Assembly (NCBI GenBank): GCA_965214705.1
Contig: OZ243972.1
Coordinates: 3,648,001-3,712,000, forward strand
From: Alphaproteobacteria bacterium
GTDB taxonomy: Bacteria; Pseudomonadota; Alphaproteobacteria; UBA828
DNA length: 64,000 nt
Direction of reading: 5' to 3'
The position numbers were made by a program, and so were the translations under genes. Within the stretch, counting starts at the first letter, position 1; every line of letters begins with the position of its first letter. Shown one piece after another: positions 1-10,048 of the stretch. The notes beneath the pieces were generated by a model. It ran no database searches. It had not been told where the DNA came from and saw only the letters and a list, made by a program, of their open reading frames with translations.

Positions 1-993
1 GGGGGCTCGCAGGTCGCGCTGAAGGCGCAGGGCTGCGCCATTGGCGATCCGGTGGTCTTCATGGGCACCGGGCCGCTGCTCTACCTCGTGGCCTACCAGT
101 ACGCCCACGCGGGCGCGCGCGTGGCGGCGGTGCTGGACACGTCCCACTTGTCCCAGGCGATCCCGGTGTTTTCCGGCCTGCTCCGGGGCGGGCGGACCTT
201 CGCCAAGGGCCTCTGGTACATGACCTGGCCGCGCACGGCGGGGATCCCGGTGCGGCGCGGCATCACGCCGGTGGCGGCCGAGGGCGAGGCTGCGCTGGAG
301 GCCGTGCGCTATCGGGACCGGCGCGGACGCGAGCGCCGCATCGCCTGCACCGGGCTCGGCATCGGCTACAGCGTGAAGTCCGAGGTGCAGCTGGCGGAGC
401 TTGCCGGCTGCGAGATGGCCTTCGACCCGCTGGCGCAGCAATGGCTGCCGCAGGCGGACGAGGACGGCCGGGCGCTCTCGGGCTCGGTCTATCTCGCGGG
501 CGACGGTGCCGGCGTGGCCGGTGCCGATGCGGCGGAGGTACGCGGCCGGCTCGCGGCGCTCGCCCTGCTCGCCGACACGGGCATCGCGTCGGACCGCGCG
601 CTGCAGGCGAGGTTGCGGGGGAAGCTCCGGCGCATCATGCGCTTCCGCGACGCGCTGGAGCGGGCCATGCCGGCGCCCTTCCACATGGCGCGGACGCTGC
701 CGGATGAGACCGTGATCTGCCGCTGCGAGGCGATCACCGCCGGCGAAATTCGCCAGGGCCGGGCGCTGGATCCGGCCGAAATGAACCGGGCCAAGGCCTT
801 CACGCGTGTGGGCATGGGGCGCTGCCAGGGCCGGGTGTGCGGTCCCGCCGCCGCCCAGATCCTCGCTGCCGCGCGCGGCCGCAAGGTCGAGGAGGTGGGC
901 CGCCTGCGCGGCCAGGCGCCAGTGAAACCGCTTACGATCCGCGCGGGCGCCGAAGCCGCGGTCGAGGATCGCGCACGGGCGGCCTCCATATGA
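1..993 (+). CDS. FAD/NAD(P)-binding oxidoreductase with C-terminal BFD-like [2Fe-2S] domain (HcnB/OoxA-like), 5'-truncated by window edge
   Basis: Frame open from base 1; YLAGDGAG, ICRCE and GMGRCQGRVC motifs, ending R-x-P-V-K-P; ATGA overlap with next gene. Confidence 0.85.
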   Translation, partial: GGSQVALKAQGCAIGDPVVFMGTGPLLYLVAYQYAHAGARVAAVLDTSHLSQAIPVFSGLLRGGRTFAKGLWYMTWPRTAGIPVRRGITPVAAEGEAALEAVRYRDRRGRERRIACTGLGIGYSVKSEVQLAELAGCEMAFDPLAQQWLPQADEDGRALSGSVYLAGDGAGVAGADAAEVRGRLAALALLADTGIASDRALQARLRGKLRRIMRFRDALERAMPAPFHMARTLPDETVICRCEAITAGEIRQGRALDPAEMNRAKAFTRVGMGRCQGRVCGPAAAQILAAARGRKVEEVGRLRGQAPVKPLTIRAGAEAAVEDRARAASI

Positions 994-2105
994 GCGAGTC
1001 GCGGACCGACGTGGTCATCGTCGGCGGCGGGCTGGTCGGCTGCGCCGCCGCGCTGCGCCTGCGCGAGCGGGGCGCGAGCGTCGCGGTGGTGGAGAAGAAC
1101 CAGCTCGGGGCGGCGGCGAGCGGCGTCAATTTCGGGGGTGTGCGGCGCAACGGCCGCAAGCTCGCGGAGCTGCCCATCGCGGCGCGCGCCATCGCCGTCT
1201 GGAAGCGCCTGCCGGAGCTGGTGGGCAGCGACTGCGAGTACGAGATCACCGGCAATATCAAGGTGGCGCGCAACGAGAAGGACCTGGAGCAAATCGCGGC
1301 CCACGCCGAGGCGCAGGCCGAGTACGGGGTCGAGGTCCACATGCTGGGCCGCAACGCGTTGCGCGACCGTTATCCCTGGCTCGGGCCGAGCGCCGTGGGC
1401 GCCGCCTATTGCCCGAGCGACGGGCAGGCCAACCCGCGCCTGGTGGGGCCGGCCTTCGCGCGGGCGGCGCGGGCGGCGGGCGCCGAGCTGATCGAGCTGG
1501 ACGGCGCGAAGCACGTGGAACGCGACGGCGGTGGCTTCGTGGTCGAGACCGAATCCGGGCGCACGCTGCGCGGGGGCGCGCTGATCAACAGCTCTGGCGC
1601 CTGGGGCGCGCGGCTCGCGGCGCGCTTCGGCGAGCAGGTCGAGATCTGGCCGATGGAGCCGCAGATGATCGTCACCGAGCCCGCGCCCTACTTCATGGTG
1701 CCCGTGCTCGCCGTGATGGGCGGCGACGTCTACGCGCGGCAGATCCCGCGCGGCAACGTCATCTTCGGCGGGCGCAGCGGGACGGCAGACCTGGACGTGG
1801 GCTTCGGCAAGGTGAGCGCAGAGGAGAGCCTGACCACGCTGGCGCGGACCATCGACATCATCCCCCGCATCGCCGAGCTCTCCGTGATCCGCTTCTGGAG
1901 CGGGGTGGAGGGCTGCACGCCGGATCACCTGCCGGTGCTTTGCCCGAGCCGGACCACGCCGGGCCTGGTCCATGCCTTCGGCTTCAGCGGGCACGGGTTC
2001 TGCCTGGGCCCGGCGTCCGGCGCGGTGGCGGCGGAGCTCGCGCTGGACGGCCGCACCGAGACGCCCATCGAGGGCTTCGACATCGGCCGCTTTTCCGAAG
2101 CGTAG
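990..2105 (+). CDS. FAD-dependent oxidoreductase, DAO family (HcnC/OoxB/SoxB-like)
   Basis: ATG 990 overlaps upstream TGA; N-terminal DVVIVGGGLVG, ASGVNFG, C-terminal GFSGHGFCLGP. Confidence 0.88.
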   Translation: MSESRTDVVIVGGGLVGCAAALRLRERGASVAVVEKNQLGAAASGVNFGGVRRNGRKLAELPIAARAIAVWKRLPELVGSDCEYEITGNIKVARNEKDLEQIAAHAEAQAEYGVEVHMLGRNALRDRYPWLGPSAVGAAYCPSDGQANPRLVGPAFARAARAAGAELIELDGAKHVERDGGGFVVETESGRTLRGGALINSSGAWGARLAARFGEQVEIWPMEPQMIVTEPAPYFMVPVLAVMGGDVYARQIPRGNVIFGGRSGTADLDVGFGKVSAEESLTTLARTIDIIPRIAELSVIRFWSGVEGCTPDHLPVLCPSRTTPGLVHAFGFSGHGFCLGPASGAVAAELALDGRTETPIEGFDIGRFSEA

Positions 2106-2115
2106 CTGGAGGCGT

Positions 2116-3306
2116 CTACGTCTGGCTCGCGACCAGGCGGTCGCCGAGCAGGGCCATGGCGTCGCCGTCGATGTTGGCGAGCGCGAAGCGGAGGTAGCCG
2201 TCCTGGTCAGGGCCGAAGGCGCTGCCGGGCAGGCAGAGCACGTTCTCTTCCCGGATGAGCCGCTGGGCGACATCGACGGCAGGCGTGCCGGCGAAGGGAT
2301 GGCGCACGTAGGCGAAGAAGGCGCCGGCGCAGATCAGCGCGTAGGCGAGGTCCTGGCGCTCGAAGACGGCGCGGAACTGGGCGACTCGCTCCAGCACGAG
2401 GCGCCGCTTGTCGGCGCGGAAGTCCGCGAGATGGTTGAGGCCGTAGAGCGCCGCCTCCTGCGCGATGGCGGGCGCGCAGATGGCGACACAATCGGCGGCC
2501 TTGGCGACCTCGGCGAGCAGCTCGCCCGAAGCCACCAGCGCGCCGACCCGGTAGCCGGTGAGGCTGTAGACCTTGGAGAAGCTGTAGAGGTGGACCAGCG
2601 TCCGGTCCCAATCCGGGCGTGCGAACAGGCCGTGGGGAGGGCCGTCGCCGGGCAGGAAGTCTCGGTAGGTCTCGTCCAGCACCAGGGCGAGGCCGGCGTC
2701 GCGCGCGAGGCGGTGGAACTCCTCGATGACCGCCGGCGGATAGATGGCGCCCGTGGGGTTGTTGGGGGTCACCAGCACGATGGCGCGGGTGCGGGGCGTG
2801 ATCCGCGCCGCCGCATCGGCCGGGTCCGGCACGCCGCCCCGCTCGGGCCGGAAGGGCAGGTAGACCGGCGCGATGCCCAGCATCTCCAGCCACATCTGGT
2901 AGTTGAAGTAGGAAGGCGCGGCGAGAATCGCCTCGTCGCCCGGCCCGGCGAGCGCCATCAGCGCGAGGCAGAAGGCCTGGTTGCAGCCTGCGGTGATCGC
3001 CACCCGATCGCGGGTCACGTCGCCGCCGTAGGTCTCCGACAGGGCCGCTGCGAGGGCGTCGCGCAAATCGTCCCGGCCGACGATGGGGGTGTAGCGTGCG
3101 GTCTCCGGCCGGCGCACCGCGTCCGCCAGATGGGCGGTGAGCGAGTCGGCCGGTGGGTAGGCCGGCACCGCCTGGGCGAGATCGAGCAGCGGCTTCTCGG
3201 GCGGGTAATCGCGCCCCGCGGCGAGCTTCGCGATTTCGGCGATGGGCGGCGGGATGACGGCGCCGAGCGCCGGGTTGATGCGGTAGGCGAGGCCGCCGGT
3301 GCTAAT
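2116..3306 (-). CDS. PLP-dependent aminotransferase class I/II (start probably non-canonical ATT)
   Basis: TPNNPTG, LDETY, YSFSKVYSLTGYRVG (PLP lysine), LRFA; start discussed in findings. Confidence 0.85.
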   Translation of the reverse strand: MSTGGLAYRINPALGAVIPPPIAEIAKLAAGRDYPPEKPLLDLAQAVPAYPPADSLTAHLADAVRRPETARYTPIVGRDDLRDALAAALSETYGGDVTRDRVAITAGCNQAFCLALMALAGPGDEAILAAPSYFNYQMWLEMLGIAPVYLPFRPERGGVPDPADAAARITPRTRAIVLVTPNNPTGAIYPPAVIEEFHRLARDAGLALVLDETYRDFLPGDGPPHGLFARPDWDRTLVHLYSFSKVYSLTGYRVGALVASGELLAEVAKAADCVAICAPAIAQEAALYGLNHLADFRADKRRLVLERVAQFRAVFERQDLAYALICAGAFFAYVRHPFAGTPAVDVAQRLIREENVLCLPGSAFGPDQDGYLRFALANIDGDAMALLGDRLVASQT

Positions 3307-4663
3307 AGGCGTATTCCTCGAAGAGCGGCTCGATGCTGCGGCCCCAGCGGCCCTCGTAGGCTTCCAGCATGTCGTCGGCGGCGGTGCGCCCGCTCTCGGC
3401 GATCTGGCGCAGGTAGGTGAGGTAAGAGCGCTCGTCGGAATCGAGGTTGCCGGCAACTGCGCGACGCATGAGGCCGCCGGCCGCGATCTCCACCGTGTCG
3501 CGGGCGACCTCCTGTACCGACCTACCACCGACCGTGGCGCGGAGCGCATCCCGCGGCACGGCGCCGAGCATCGCCGCGACGTCGTCGGCGGACCAGTCGG
3601 AGACCAGCGCCTCGGCCTCGTTCAATGCGGTCGAATCGTAGAGCAGACCGACCCAGAGGGCGGGCAGCGCGCAGACCTTGCCCCAGGGGCCGCTGTCCGC
3701 GCCGCGCATCTCGATGAAGGTCTTGAGCCGGACCTCGGGGAAGACGGTGGTGAGGTGATCCTCCCAGTCCTTGAGCGTCGGCCGCTCGCCGGGGAGCTGG
3801 GGCAGGGCGCCTTCCATGAAGTCGCGGAAGGATTCGCCCGCCACGTCGACGTAGCCGCCGTTGCGCGCCACGAAGTACATGGGCGCGTCCAGCACGTAGT
3901 CGGCATAGCGCTCGAAGCCCATGCCGGGCTCGAAGACGAAGCCGAGCAGGCCGCAGCGGTCCGGGTCGGTATCGGTCCAGACATGGCTGCGGTAGCTGCG
4001 GAAGCCGCTCGGCTTGCCTTCGACAAAGGGCGAGATGGCGAACAGCGCGGTGGCGACCGGCTGCAGGGCCATGGCGACGCGCATCTTGCGCACCATGTCG
4101 GCTTCCGAGTCGAAATCGAGATTGACCTGCACGGTGCAGGTGCGGGTCATCATGTCGAGGCCGAGGCTGCCCCGCGTTGGCATGTAGCGGCGCATGATCG
4201 CGTAGCGACCCTTTGGCATCCACGGGATCGCCTCGCGCGGCGCATCGGGGCGGAAGCCCACGCCGTAGAAGCCGATGCCGAGCTCGGCGGAGACCGTCCG
4301 CACCTGATCCAGGTGCGCGTGCACCTCGTCGCAGGTGCGGTGCAGGTTGTGGAGCGGAGCGCCCGAAAGCTCGAGCTGGCCGCCCGGCTCCAGGGTCACC
4401 GACTGGCCGTCCTTGAGCAGGGCGATGGGGTTGCCGTTCTCCAGGTAGGGGGTCCAGCCGTAGCGCTGAAGCCCCTCCAGGAGCGCGCGGATGCCCCACG
4501 GCCCCTCGTAGGGGAGCGGCGCATGGTCCGCGATGCGATGGCCGAACTTCTCGTGCTCCGTGCCGATGCGCCACGTGGAGCGCGGCTTGCAGCCGGATTC
4601 GAGATAGGCGATCAGGTCGCGGCGGGTGAGCGTCTCGCCTCGCCTGGTGGCGCTTTCGTTCAC
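3302..4663 (-). CDS. gshA: Glutamate--cysteine ligase (GCS2/plant-type)
   Basis: IGTEHEKF, TLEPGGQLELSG, WMPKGRY, TCTVQVNLD, FPEVRLK, EMRGAD; GTG 4663 follows GGAGG. Confidence 0.95.
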   Translation of the reverse strand: MNESATRRGETLTRRDLIAYLESGCKPRSTWRIGTEHEKFGHRIADHAPLPYEGPWGIRALLEGLQRYGWTPYLENGNPIALLKDGQSVTLEPGGQLELSGAPLHNLHRTCDEVHAHLDQVRTVSAELGIGFYGVGFRPDAPREAIPWMPKGRYAIMRRYMPTRGSLGLDMMTRTCTVQVNLDFDSEADMVRKMRVAMALQPVATALFAISPFVEGKPSGFRSYRSHVWTDTDPDRCGLLGFVFEPGMGFERYADYVLDAPMYFVARNGGYVDVAGESFRDFMEGALPQLPGERPTLKDWEDHLTTVFPEVRLKTFIEMRGADSGPWGKVCALPALWVGLLYDSTALNEAEALVSDWSADDVAAMLGAVPRDALRATVGGRSVQEVARDTVEIAAGGLMRRAVAGNLDSDERSYLTYLRQIAESGRTAADDMLEAYEGRWGRSIEPLFEEYAY

Positions 4664-4781
4664 GCCCCCTCCCAACGGTCGCGTCGAAGCTGTGCGGGGT
4701 TTCCCCTATTCGGGCGCTGCTGTCCAGCCTATCGAACGGCGAACCGGGACATGGCAGGGCTGTGTTTCACGCAGCGCGGCC

Positions 4782-5528
4782 TCATCGCCAGTCGCCGGCA
4801 AGGGTCTGCCAGCAGGCAAGAGCGGCTGCGACCGCGGTCTCGGCGCGCAGGATTCGGGGGCCGAGCCGGGCGTGCACGGCTGCTGGGTGATCGGCGAGCA
4901 GGCGCCGCTCGTCAGGCGCGAAGCCGCCTTCGGGCCCGATCAGGATGGCCCAGGACGCGCCGGCGTTGTCCGCCAGTGACTCGGCGACCGAGCGTTCCGC
5001 CTCGGGATCGCAGACCAGCAGCCGGCGGTCCGGCGGCCAGCCGGCGAGCGCATCGGCGAGAGAGCAGGGCGGTGCGATGGACGGCACCTCCAGGCGGCCG
5101 CACTGCTCCGCCGCCTCGATGGCATGCGCCCGGACTCGCTCGACATTGACCCGCCTGGTCTGGCCGTACCGGGTGAGGACCGGGTGGATGGCGCCGACGC
5201 CGAGCTCGGTCGCCTTCTCAACCACGAAGCGGGTGCGCTCGGACTTGAGCGGCGCGAACAGGAGCCGCAGGTCGGGCGGCGGAGGCTGTGCCGCGAGCCG
5301 CGCGCCCAGCCGAATGCCGGCGCGGCTGGGTGCGAGGGTCTCGATGGCGCCCTCCCACTCCCCGTCGCGGCCGTTGAACAGGCGAATCCGGTCCCCCGGC
5401 TTGCGGTGCATCACGTTGCGGAGGTAGTGGGCCTGGCCCGAGGCCAGCGTTGCCGTCGCGCCCACGTCGAGCGGGGCCTCGACGAAGAGGCGGATGGTGC
5501 TCGGGCCGTCGTCGCGCTCGCCCGCCAT
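4782..5528 (-). CDS. rsmE: 16S rRNA m3U1498 methyltransferase
   Basis: HYLRNVM, EKATELGV, EAAEQC, IGPEGGF, LGPRILRAETA. Confidence 0.95.
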   Translation of the reverse strand: MAGERDDGPSTIRLFVEAPLDVGATATLASGQAHYLRNVMHRKPGDRIRLFNGRDGEWEGAIETLAPSRAGIRLGARLAAQPPPPDLRLLFAPLKSERTRFVVEKATELGVGAIHPVLTRYGQTRRVNVERVRAHAIEAAEQCGRLEVPSIAPPCSLADALAGWPPDRRLLVCDPEAERSVAESLADNAGASWAILIGPEGGFAPDERRLLADHPAAVHARLGPRILRAETAVAAALACWQTLAGDWR

Positions 5529-5578
5529 GGGCGGCTCTCCGCTTGTCAGTGCCAGGGCGCCACGATACACCAGCAGCC

Positions 5579-6514
5579 ATGGCCGAGCGCCTGCACACCA
5601 TGGCCGGAGCATCCGCCGGGCGTAGCCCAGGAGGGCCTGGGCCGGTCGAGCGGGCAGCGCCGCCCTTCGCCCGCCCCTTCGTCGCGCTGGCGCGGCTGGA
5701 TCAGCCGGTCGGCGTCTGGCTCCTGCTCTGGCCCTGCCTCTGGGCCATCGGACTCGCCTCCGACGGCCTGCCGGATATCGGGCTGCTGGTGCTCTTCACT
5801 GCCGGCGCCTTCGTGATGCGGGCCGCCGGCTGCACGCTGAACGACATCTTCGACCGCGACTTCGACGCGCAAGTGGAGCGCACGCGGCGGCGGCCGCTGC
5901 CCTCCGGCGCCATCGGGGTGAAAGGGGCCGTCGCCTTCATGGCGGTGCTGCTAGGCGCGGGCCTCGCGATCCTGCTCCAGTTCAACCTGTTCGCGATTCT
6001 GCTCGGCGCGGGCTCGCTGCTGCTGGTGGTGCTCTACCCCTTGATGAAACGTATCACCTATTGGCCGCAAGCCTTTCTGGGGCTTACGTTTAACTATGGC
6101 GCGCTGCTGGGCTGGGCGGCGGTCGAGGGCGGCATCGGCTGGCCGGCGGGGCTGCTCTACGCGGGCGGCATCGCCTGGACGCTCGGCTACGACACGATCT
6201 ACGCGCACCAGGACAAGGAGGACGACCTCCTGATCGGTGTGAAGTCCAGCGCCATCGCCCTCGGCCAGCGGACGCGGCCGTTCCTGATCGCGTTCTACGT
6301 GGCGGCGGTGGCGGGCTTCGCGGGCGCCGGAGTCGCCGCCGAGGCGGCCTGGCCCTACTTCGTGGGCGTGGCGGTGGCGGCGGTGCTGCTCGGCTGGCAG
6401 GCGCTCCGCGTGCGCATCGACAGCCCGGCGGACTGCCTCGCCAAGTTCAAGAACAACAGCTTGGTGGGCCTCGCGCTCTTCGCCGGCATCGTGGCCGCGC
6501 AAGCGCTCGGTTGA
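5579..6514 (+). CDS. ubiA: 4-hydroxybenzoate polyprenyltransferase
   Basis: LARLDQPVGVWLLLWP, GCTLNDIFDRDFD, RPLPSG, YDTIYAHQDKEDD. Confidence 0.95.
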   Translation: MAERLHTMAGASAGRSPGGPGPVERAAPPFARPFVALARLDQPVGVWLLLWPCLWAIGLASDGLPDIGLLVLFTAGAFVMRAAGCTLNDIFDRDFDAQVERTRRRPLPSGAIGVKGAVAFMAVLLGAGLAILLQFNLFAILLGAGSLLLVVLYPLMKRITYWPQAFLGLTFNYGALLGWAAVEGGIGWPAGLLYAGGIAWTLGYDTIYAHQDKEDDLLIGVKSSAIALGQRTRPFLIAFYVAAVAGFAGAGVAAEAAWPYFVGVAVAAVLLGWQALRVRIDSPADCLAKFKNNSLVGLALFAGIVAAQALG

Positions 6515-6517
6515 AAG

Positions 6518-7345
6518 TCACGGCGCGACGGCCGTGAAGTCGGCGTAAGAGAAGGGCTGCGCCTCTGCCCTGAGCCGCGCGGTACGCTTCTGCCTGACCG
6601 CCTCGTCGGCGACGGCTTCCAGGATGAAATCGTCCAGCGGCCCCCGTGCGCCGAGCATGGCCTGAATCGCCTGCAGCGCCTCGGTCTGCGAGCAGGTGCG
6701 GAAGCGCCGGCCCTCGGCCCGGATGGCGGCGAGGGCGAGCGGCGCGCCCTCCGGCGCGATGTGGCCGTAGCCGCCGACGTAGGTGCTCACCCGGTCCATG
6801 GGCGGCAGCAGGTCGGGCTCCAAGCGGATGTTGCGAAGCGGGCCGAAGCGGTAGGTGTGGCGGCGAAACTCGGTCTCGTGCATGCGGGCAAGCGCGCGCG
6901 CGTCGAGCCAGGTGATGGCGATGTGGCAGACCGTGCCGGGGGAAGGAGCGATGGTCGCCGGCACCGCGCCGTAGCTTGAGATGTGGGCGGCGTGGACGAT
7001 GTCGAAACCGTGGAGCCGCGCCTCGAGGACCGGGAAGACCGCCGGCCCCACGGGCGCGAACTTTCGCTGCAGGCGTTCGGGCGCGGCGTTGGCGCCGTAG
7101 GCCAACACCGGCGTGCGCTGGCTGAGCGGCGCAGGGGCGGCGATGCCGCGTTGCCGCAGCGGGGTGCCCGCCGGCACGGATCGCCCGTCGATTTCGACCT
7201 CCGCGTCTTCCAATGCTTCGCCGAGGGCGTTGAGGCGCCACGCCTCGCCGTCCACGTAGAGGAAGGAATACCCCGGCCGCGGGAAGGGATAGCGCTTCGC
7301 GGTCTCGATCAGGGCAGCGTCCGGGGACGTCATGATCGGTCGCAC
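6518..7345 (-). CDS. Hypothetical protein, possible gamma-glutamylcyclotransferase-like fold
   Basis: Fills the ubiA-ubiD gap; VLAYGAN resembles the GGCT/AIG2 YGSN loop; start may be 7333. Confidence 0.55.
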   Translation of the reverse strand: MRPIMTSPDAALIETAKRYPFPRPGYSFLYVDGEAWRLNALGEALEDAEVEIDGRSVPAGTPLRQRGIAAPAPLSQRTPVLAYGANAAPERLQRKFAPVGPAVFPVLEARLHGFDIVHAAHISSYGAVPATIAPSPGTVCHIAITWLDARALARMHETEFRRHTYRFGPLRNIRLEPDLLPPMDRVSTYVGGYGHIAPEGAPLALAAIRAEGRRFRTCSQTEALQAIQAMLGARGPLDDFILEAVADEAVRQKRTARLRAEAQPFSYADFTAVAP

Positions 7346-7422
7346 CCTGCCAACGCGCGGTTGCGCGGGCTTGACGGGCGCCGGCGCCTGCCCATGAATG
7401 TGGGCCTCCCGCCGAGGTGCCG

Positions 7423-8931
7423 ATGGCCTATCGATCGTTGCGCGACTTCATCGCCCGCCTGGAGGGCGCGGGCCGGCTCAACCGGGTCTCGGCGCCGGTC
7501 TCGCCCCATCTGGAGATGACCGAGATCCAGACCCGTCTCATCGCAGACGGGGGGCCGGCGGTGCTGTTCGAGAACGTCGTCGGCGAGGACGGCGCCCGCT
7601 TGGACATGCCGGTGCTGGTCAACCTCTTCGGCACGGTGGAGCGGGTCGCCTGGGGCATGAACCGGGAGCCCGGCAGCTTGCGCGAGGTGGGCGAGACGCT
7701 CGCCTTCCTGCGGCAGCCAGAGCCGCCGAGCGGCTGGCGCGAGGCGGTCGAGATGCTGCCGCTGCTCAACACTGTGCGCGCGATGAAGCCCCGCACCGTG
7801 GGCGGCGGGCCGGTGCAGGAGGTGGTGCTCACCGGCGAGGACATCGACCTCGGCCGGCTGCCGATCCAGACCTGCTGGCCGGGGGAGCCCGCGCCGCTGA
7901 TCACCTGGCCGCTGGTGGTGACGAAGGGGCCGAGCCGCTCGCGCATCGACAACTACAACCTCGGCATCTACCGGATGCAGGTGACCGGCCGCGACACCAC
8001 GCTGATGCGCTGGCTCGCGCACCGGGGCGGCGCCCAGCAGCACCGGCGCTGGGGGCAGGAGAAGCGAGAGCCGCTGCCGGCTGCGGCGGTGATCGGCGCG
8101 GACCCCGGCACGATCCTCGCGGCGGTGACGCCGGTGCCGGATACGCTCTCGGAATATCAGTTCGCGGGCCTCCTGCGCGGCCAGAAGGTAGAGCTGGTGC
8201 AGGCCAAGACGGTGCCGCTCGAGGTGCCGGCCGAAGCCGAGATCGTCATCGAGGGCCATGTCAGCCTCGACGACTATGAGGACGAAGGCCCCTACGGCGA
8301 TCATACAGGCTACTACAACGCGGTCGAGCCGTTCCCGGTGTTCACGGTCTCCGCCATCACCATGCGGCGGGAGCCGATCTACCTCTCGACCTATACCGGG
8401 CGCCCGCCAGACGAGCCGAGCATCCTGGGCGAGGCGCTGAACGAGGTGTTCATTCCGCTACTGGTCCAGCAGTTCCCGGAGATCGTGGACTTCTGGCTGC
8501 CGCCGGAGGGCTGCAGCTACCGGATCGCCGTGGTCTCCATCAGGAAGTCCTACGCGGGCCACGCCAAGCGCGTGATGATGGCCGTCTGGTCCTATCTGCG
8601 GCAGTTCATGTATACGAAATGGGTGATCGTGGTGGACGACGACATCGACGCGCGCGACTGGAAGGACGTGATGTGGGCGGTCTCCACCCGCATGGACCCG
8701 GCGCGTGACATCACGATCGTCGAGAACACGCCCATCGACTATCTCGACTTCGCGAGCCCGGAGCCGGGGCTCGGCGCCAAGATCGGCCTGGATGCGACGA
8801 CCAAGATGGGGCCCGAGACGAGCCGGACCTGGGGCACGCGTATCCGCATGGCGGACGAGATCGTGGAGCGGGTGACGGACAAGTGGGAGTCGTACGGCCT
8901 GCCGGGCTCGGGCAAGCCGATCTGGCGGTAA
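7423..8931 (+). CDS. ubiD: UbiD family prFMN-dependent decarboxylase
   Basis: [48 protein letters not shown]. Confidence 0.95.
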   Translation: MAYRSLRDFIARLEGAGRLNRVSAPVSPHLEMTEIQTRLIADGGPAVLFENVVGEDGARLDMPVLVNLFGTVERVAWGMNREPGSLREVGETLAFLRQPEPPSGWREAVEMLPLLNTVRAMKPRTVGGGPVQEVVLTGEDIDLGRLPIQTCWPGEPAPLITWPLVVTKGPSRSRIDNYNLGIYRMQVTGRDTTLMRWLAHRGGAQQHRRWGQEKREPLPAAAVIGADPGTILAAVTPVPDTLSEYQFAGLLRGQKVELVQAKTVPLEVPAEAEIVIEGHVSLDDYEDEGPYGDHTGYYNAVEPFPVFTVSAITMRREPIYLSTYTGRPPDEPSILGEALNEVFIPLLVQQFPEIVDFWLPPEGCSYRIAVVSIRKSYAGHAKRVMMAVWSYLRQFMYTKWVIVVDDDIDARDWKDVMWAVSTRMDPARDITIVENTPIDYLDFASPEPGLGAKIGLDATTKMGPETSRTWGTRIRMADEIVERVTDKWESYGLPGSGKPIWR

Positions 8932-8956
8932 TCAGCACTCAGTTGGGGAATCAGGC

Positions 8957-9907
8957 ATGACTGGAAAGACTGCGTTCGTGACCGGCGCGTCGGGCTTCAT
9001 CGGCACCAACCTGGTGAAGCAGCTGGGCGAGGCCGGCTGGTCGGTGACCGCGATGCACCGCGAGACTTCGGACCTCACCTACCTGAGCCGGTTCCCGGCA
9101 TCGCTGGTGGTGGGCGACATCGGGGACCGGGCGTTTCTGGCGGGCGCGATCCCGGACGGCGTGGATGCCTTGTTCCACGTGGCCGGCAACGTGAGCTTCG
9201 ATTCCGCCGGCGACGAGGCCCAGACCCACGCCAACGTGGCGGGCACCCGCGCCATCGTCGAGGCGGCACAGGCCAGGAACGTCGGGCGCTTCATCCATAC
9301 GTCGACGGGCGCGACGTGGGGTCTTCACGACGGCATGCCCATCGACGAGACCGCGCCGTCGAACGCCGACGAGCTTCCGGTCAACTATTGCCGCTCCAAG
9401 AAGGCCGCCGAGGACATCGTGCTGGAGGCTGTGGCTGGCGGCCTCGATGCGGTCTGTGTCAACCCCGGCAACGTGGTCGGCCCCTACGATCGGGTGATCT
9501 GGGGCCCCTTCGTGCAGGCCATCGCGGGCGGCGCCATGACCACCGTGGGCGTCGGCGGCGGCTCCTTCTGCCATATCGACGGGACCGCGAAGGCGCATAT
9601 CAGCGCCTACGAGCGGGGGAGGAGAGGGGAGCGCTATATCCTCGGCGGCGCCAACGAGAAGTTCGCCACCGCAGCCGGCATCGTGGCCGAGATTGTCGGC
9701 GTCGAGCCGCCACGAGCGACGAGTGAGCGCAACCCCGACGCCAGCGACGAGATCCACTTCGTCACGAACCTGGATCAGATCATGCTGTGCGACAAGGCGA
9801 TACGGGAGCTCGGCTTCAAGCCGGTCCCGCTCCGCACCATGTTCGAAGATCTCTGCCGCTGGATGCGCGAGGAGGGGATGTTGCCCGCTGCCCCGGCCGG
9901 CGCCTGA
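8957..9907 (+). CDS. NAD-dependent epimerase/dehydratase (extended SDR, dihydroflavonol-reductase-like)
   Basis: FVTGASGFIG, FIHTST, YCRSK (YxxxK), NPGNVVGP. Confidence 0.88.
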   Translation: MTGKTAFVTGASGFIGTNLVKQLGEAGWSVTAMHRETSDLTYLSRFPASLVVGDIGDRAFLAGAIPDGVDALFHVAGNVSFDSAGDEAQTHANVAGTRAIVEAAQARNVGRFIHTSTGATWGLHDGMPIDETAPSNADELPVNYCRSKKAAEDIVLEAVAGGLDAVCVNPGNVVGPYDRVIWGPFVQAIAGGAMTTVGVGGGSFCHIDGTAKAHISAYERGRRGERYILGGANEKFATAAGIVAEIVGVEPPRATSERNPDASDEIHFVTNLDQIMLCDKAIRELGFKPVPLRTMFEDLCRWMREEGMLPAAPAGA

Positions 9908-9916
9908 GCACGCTCC

Positions 9917-10048
9917 TTACGGGACGATGCCGCCGGCCGAGAGGCCCGCAAGGACGCCGATGATGAGGACGGCGAGGCCGAGCCCCACCACATAAGGGAT
10001 TCGTGCCCGTGTCAGCTCCTCGAGCGAGGGGCCGTGCTCGTCGCTCAT
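9917..10048 (-). CDS. Putative 43-aa single-pass membrane protein (below ORF-track cutoff)
   Basis: GAGGAG 9 nt before ATG 10048; MSDEHGPSLEELTRARIPYVVGLGLAVLIIGVLAGLSAGGIVP*; GC3-rich codons. Confidence 0.6.
   Translation of the reverse strand: MSDEHGPSLEELTRARIPYVVGLGLAVLIIGVLAGLSAGGIVP

Noticed and set aside
489-5149. Long antisense ORFs (594, 482, 616 aa) and similar ones across the window
   Set aside because: Mirror frames of well-supported genes caused by GC3 bias; no motifs
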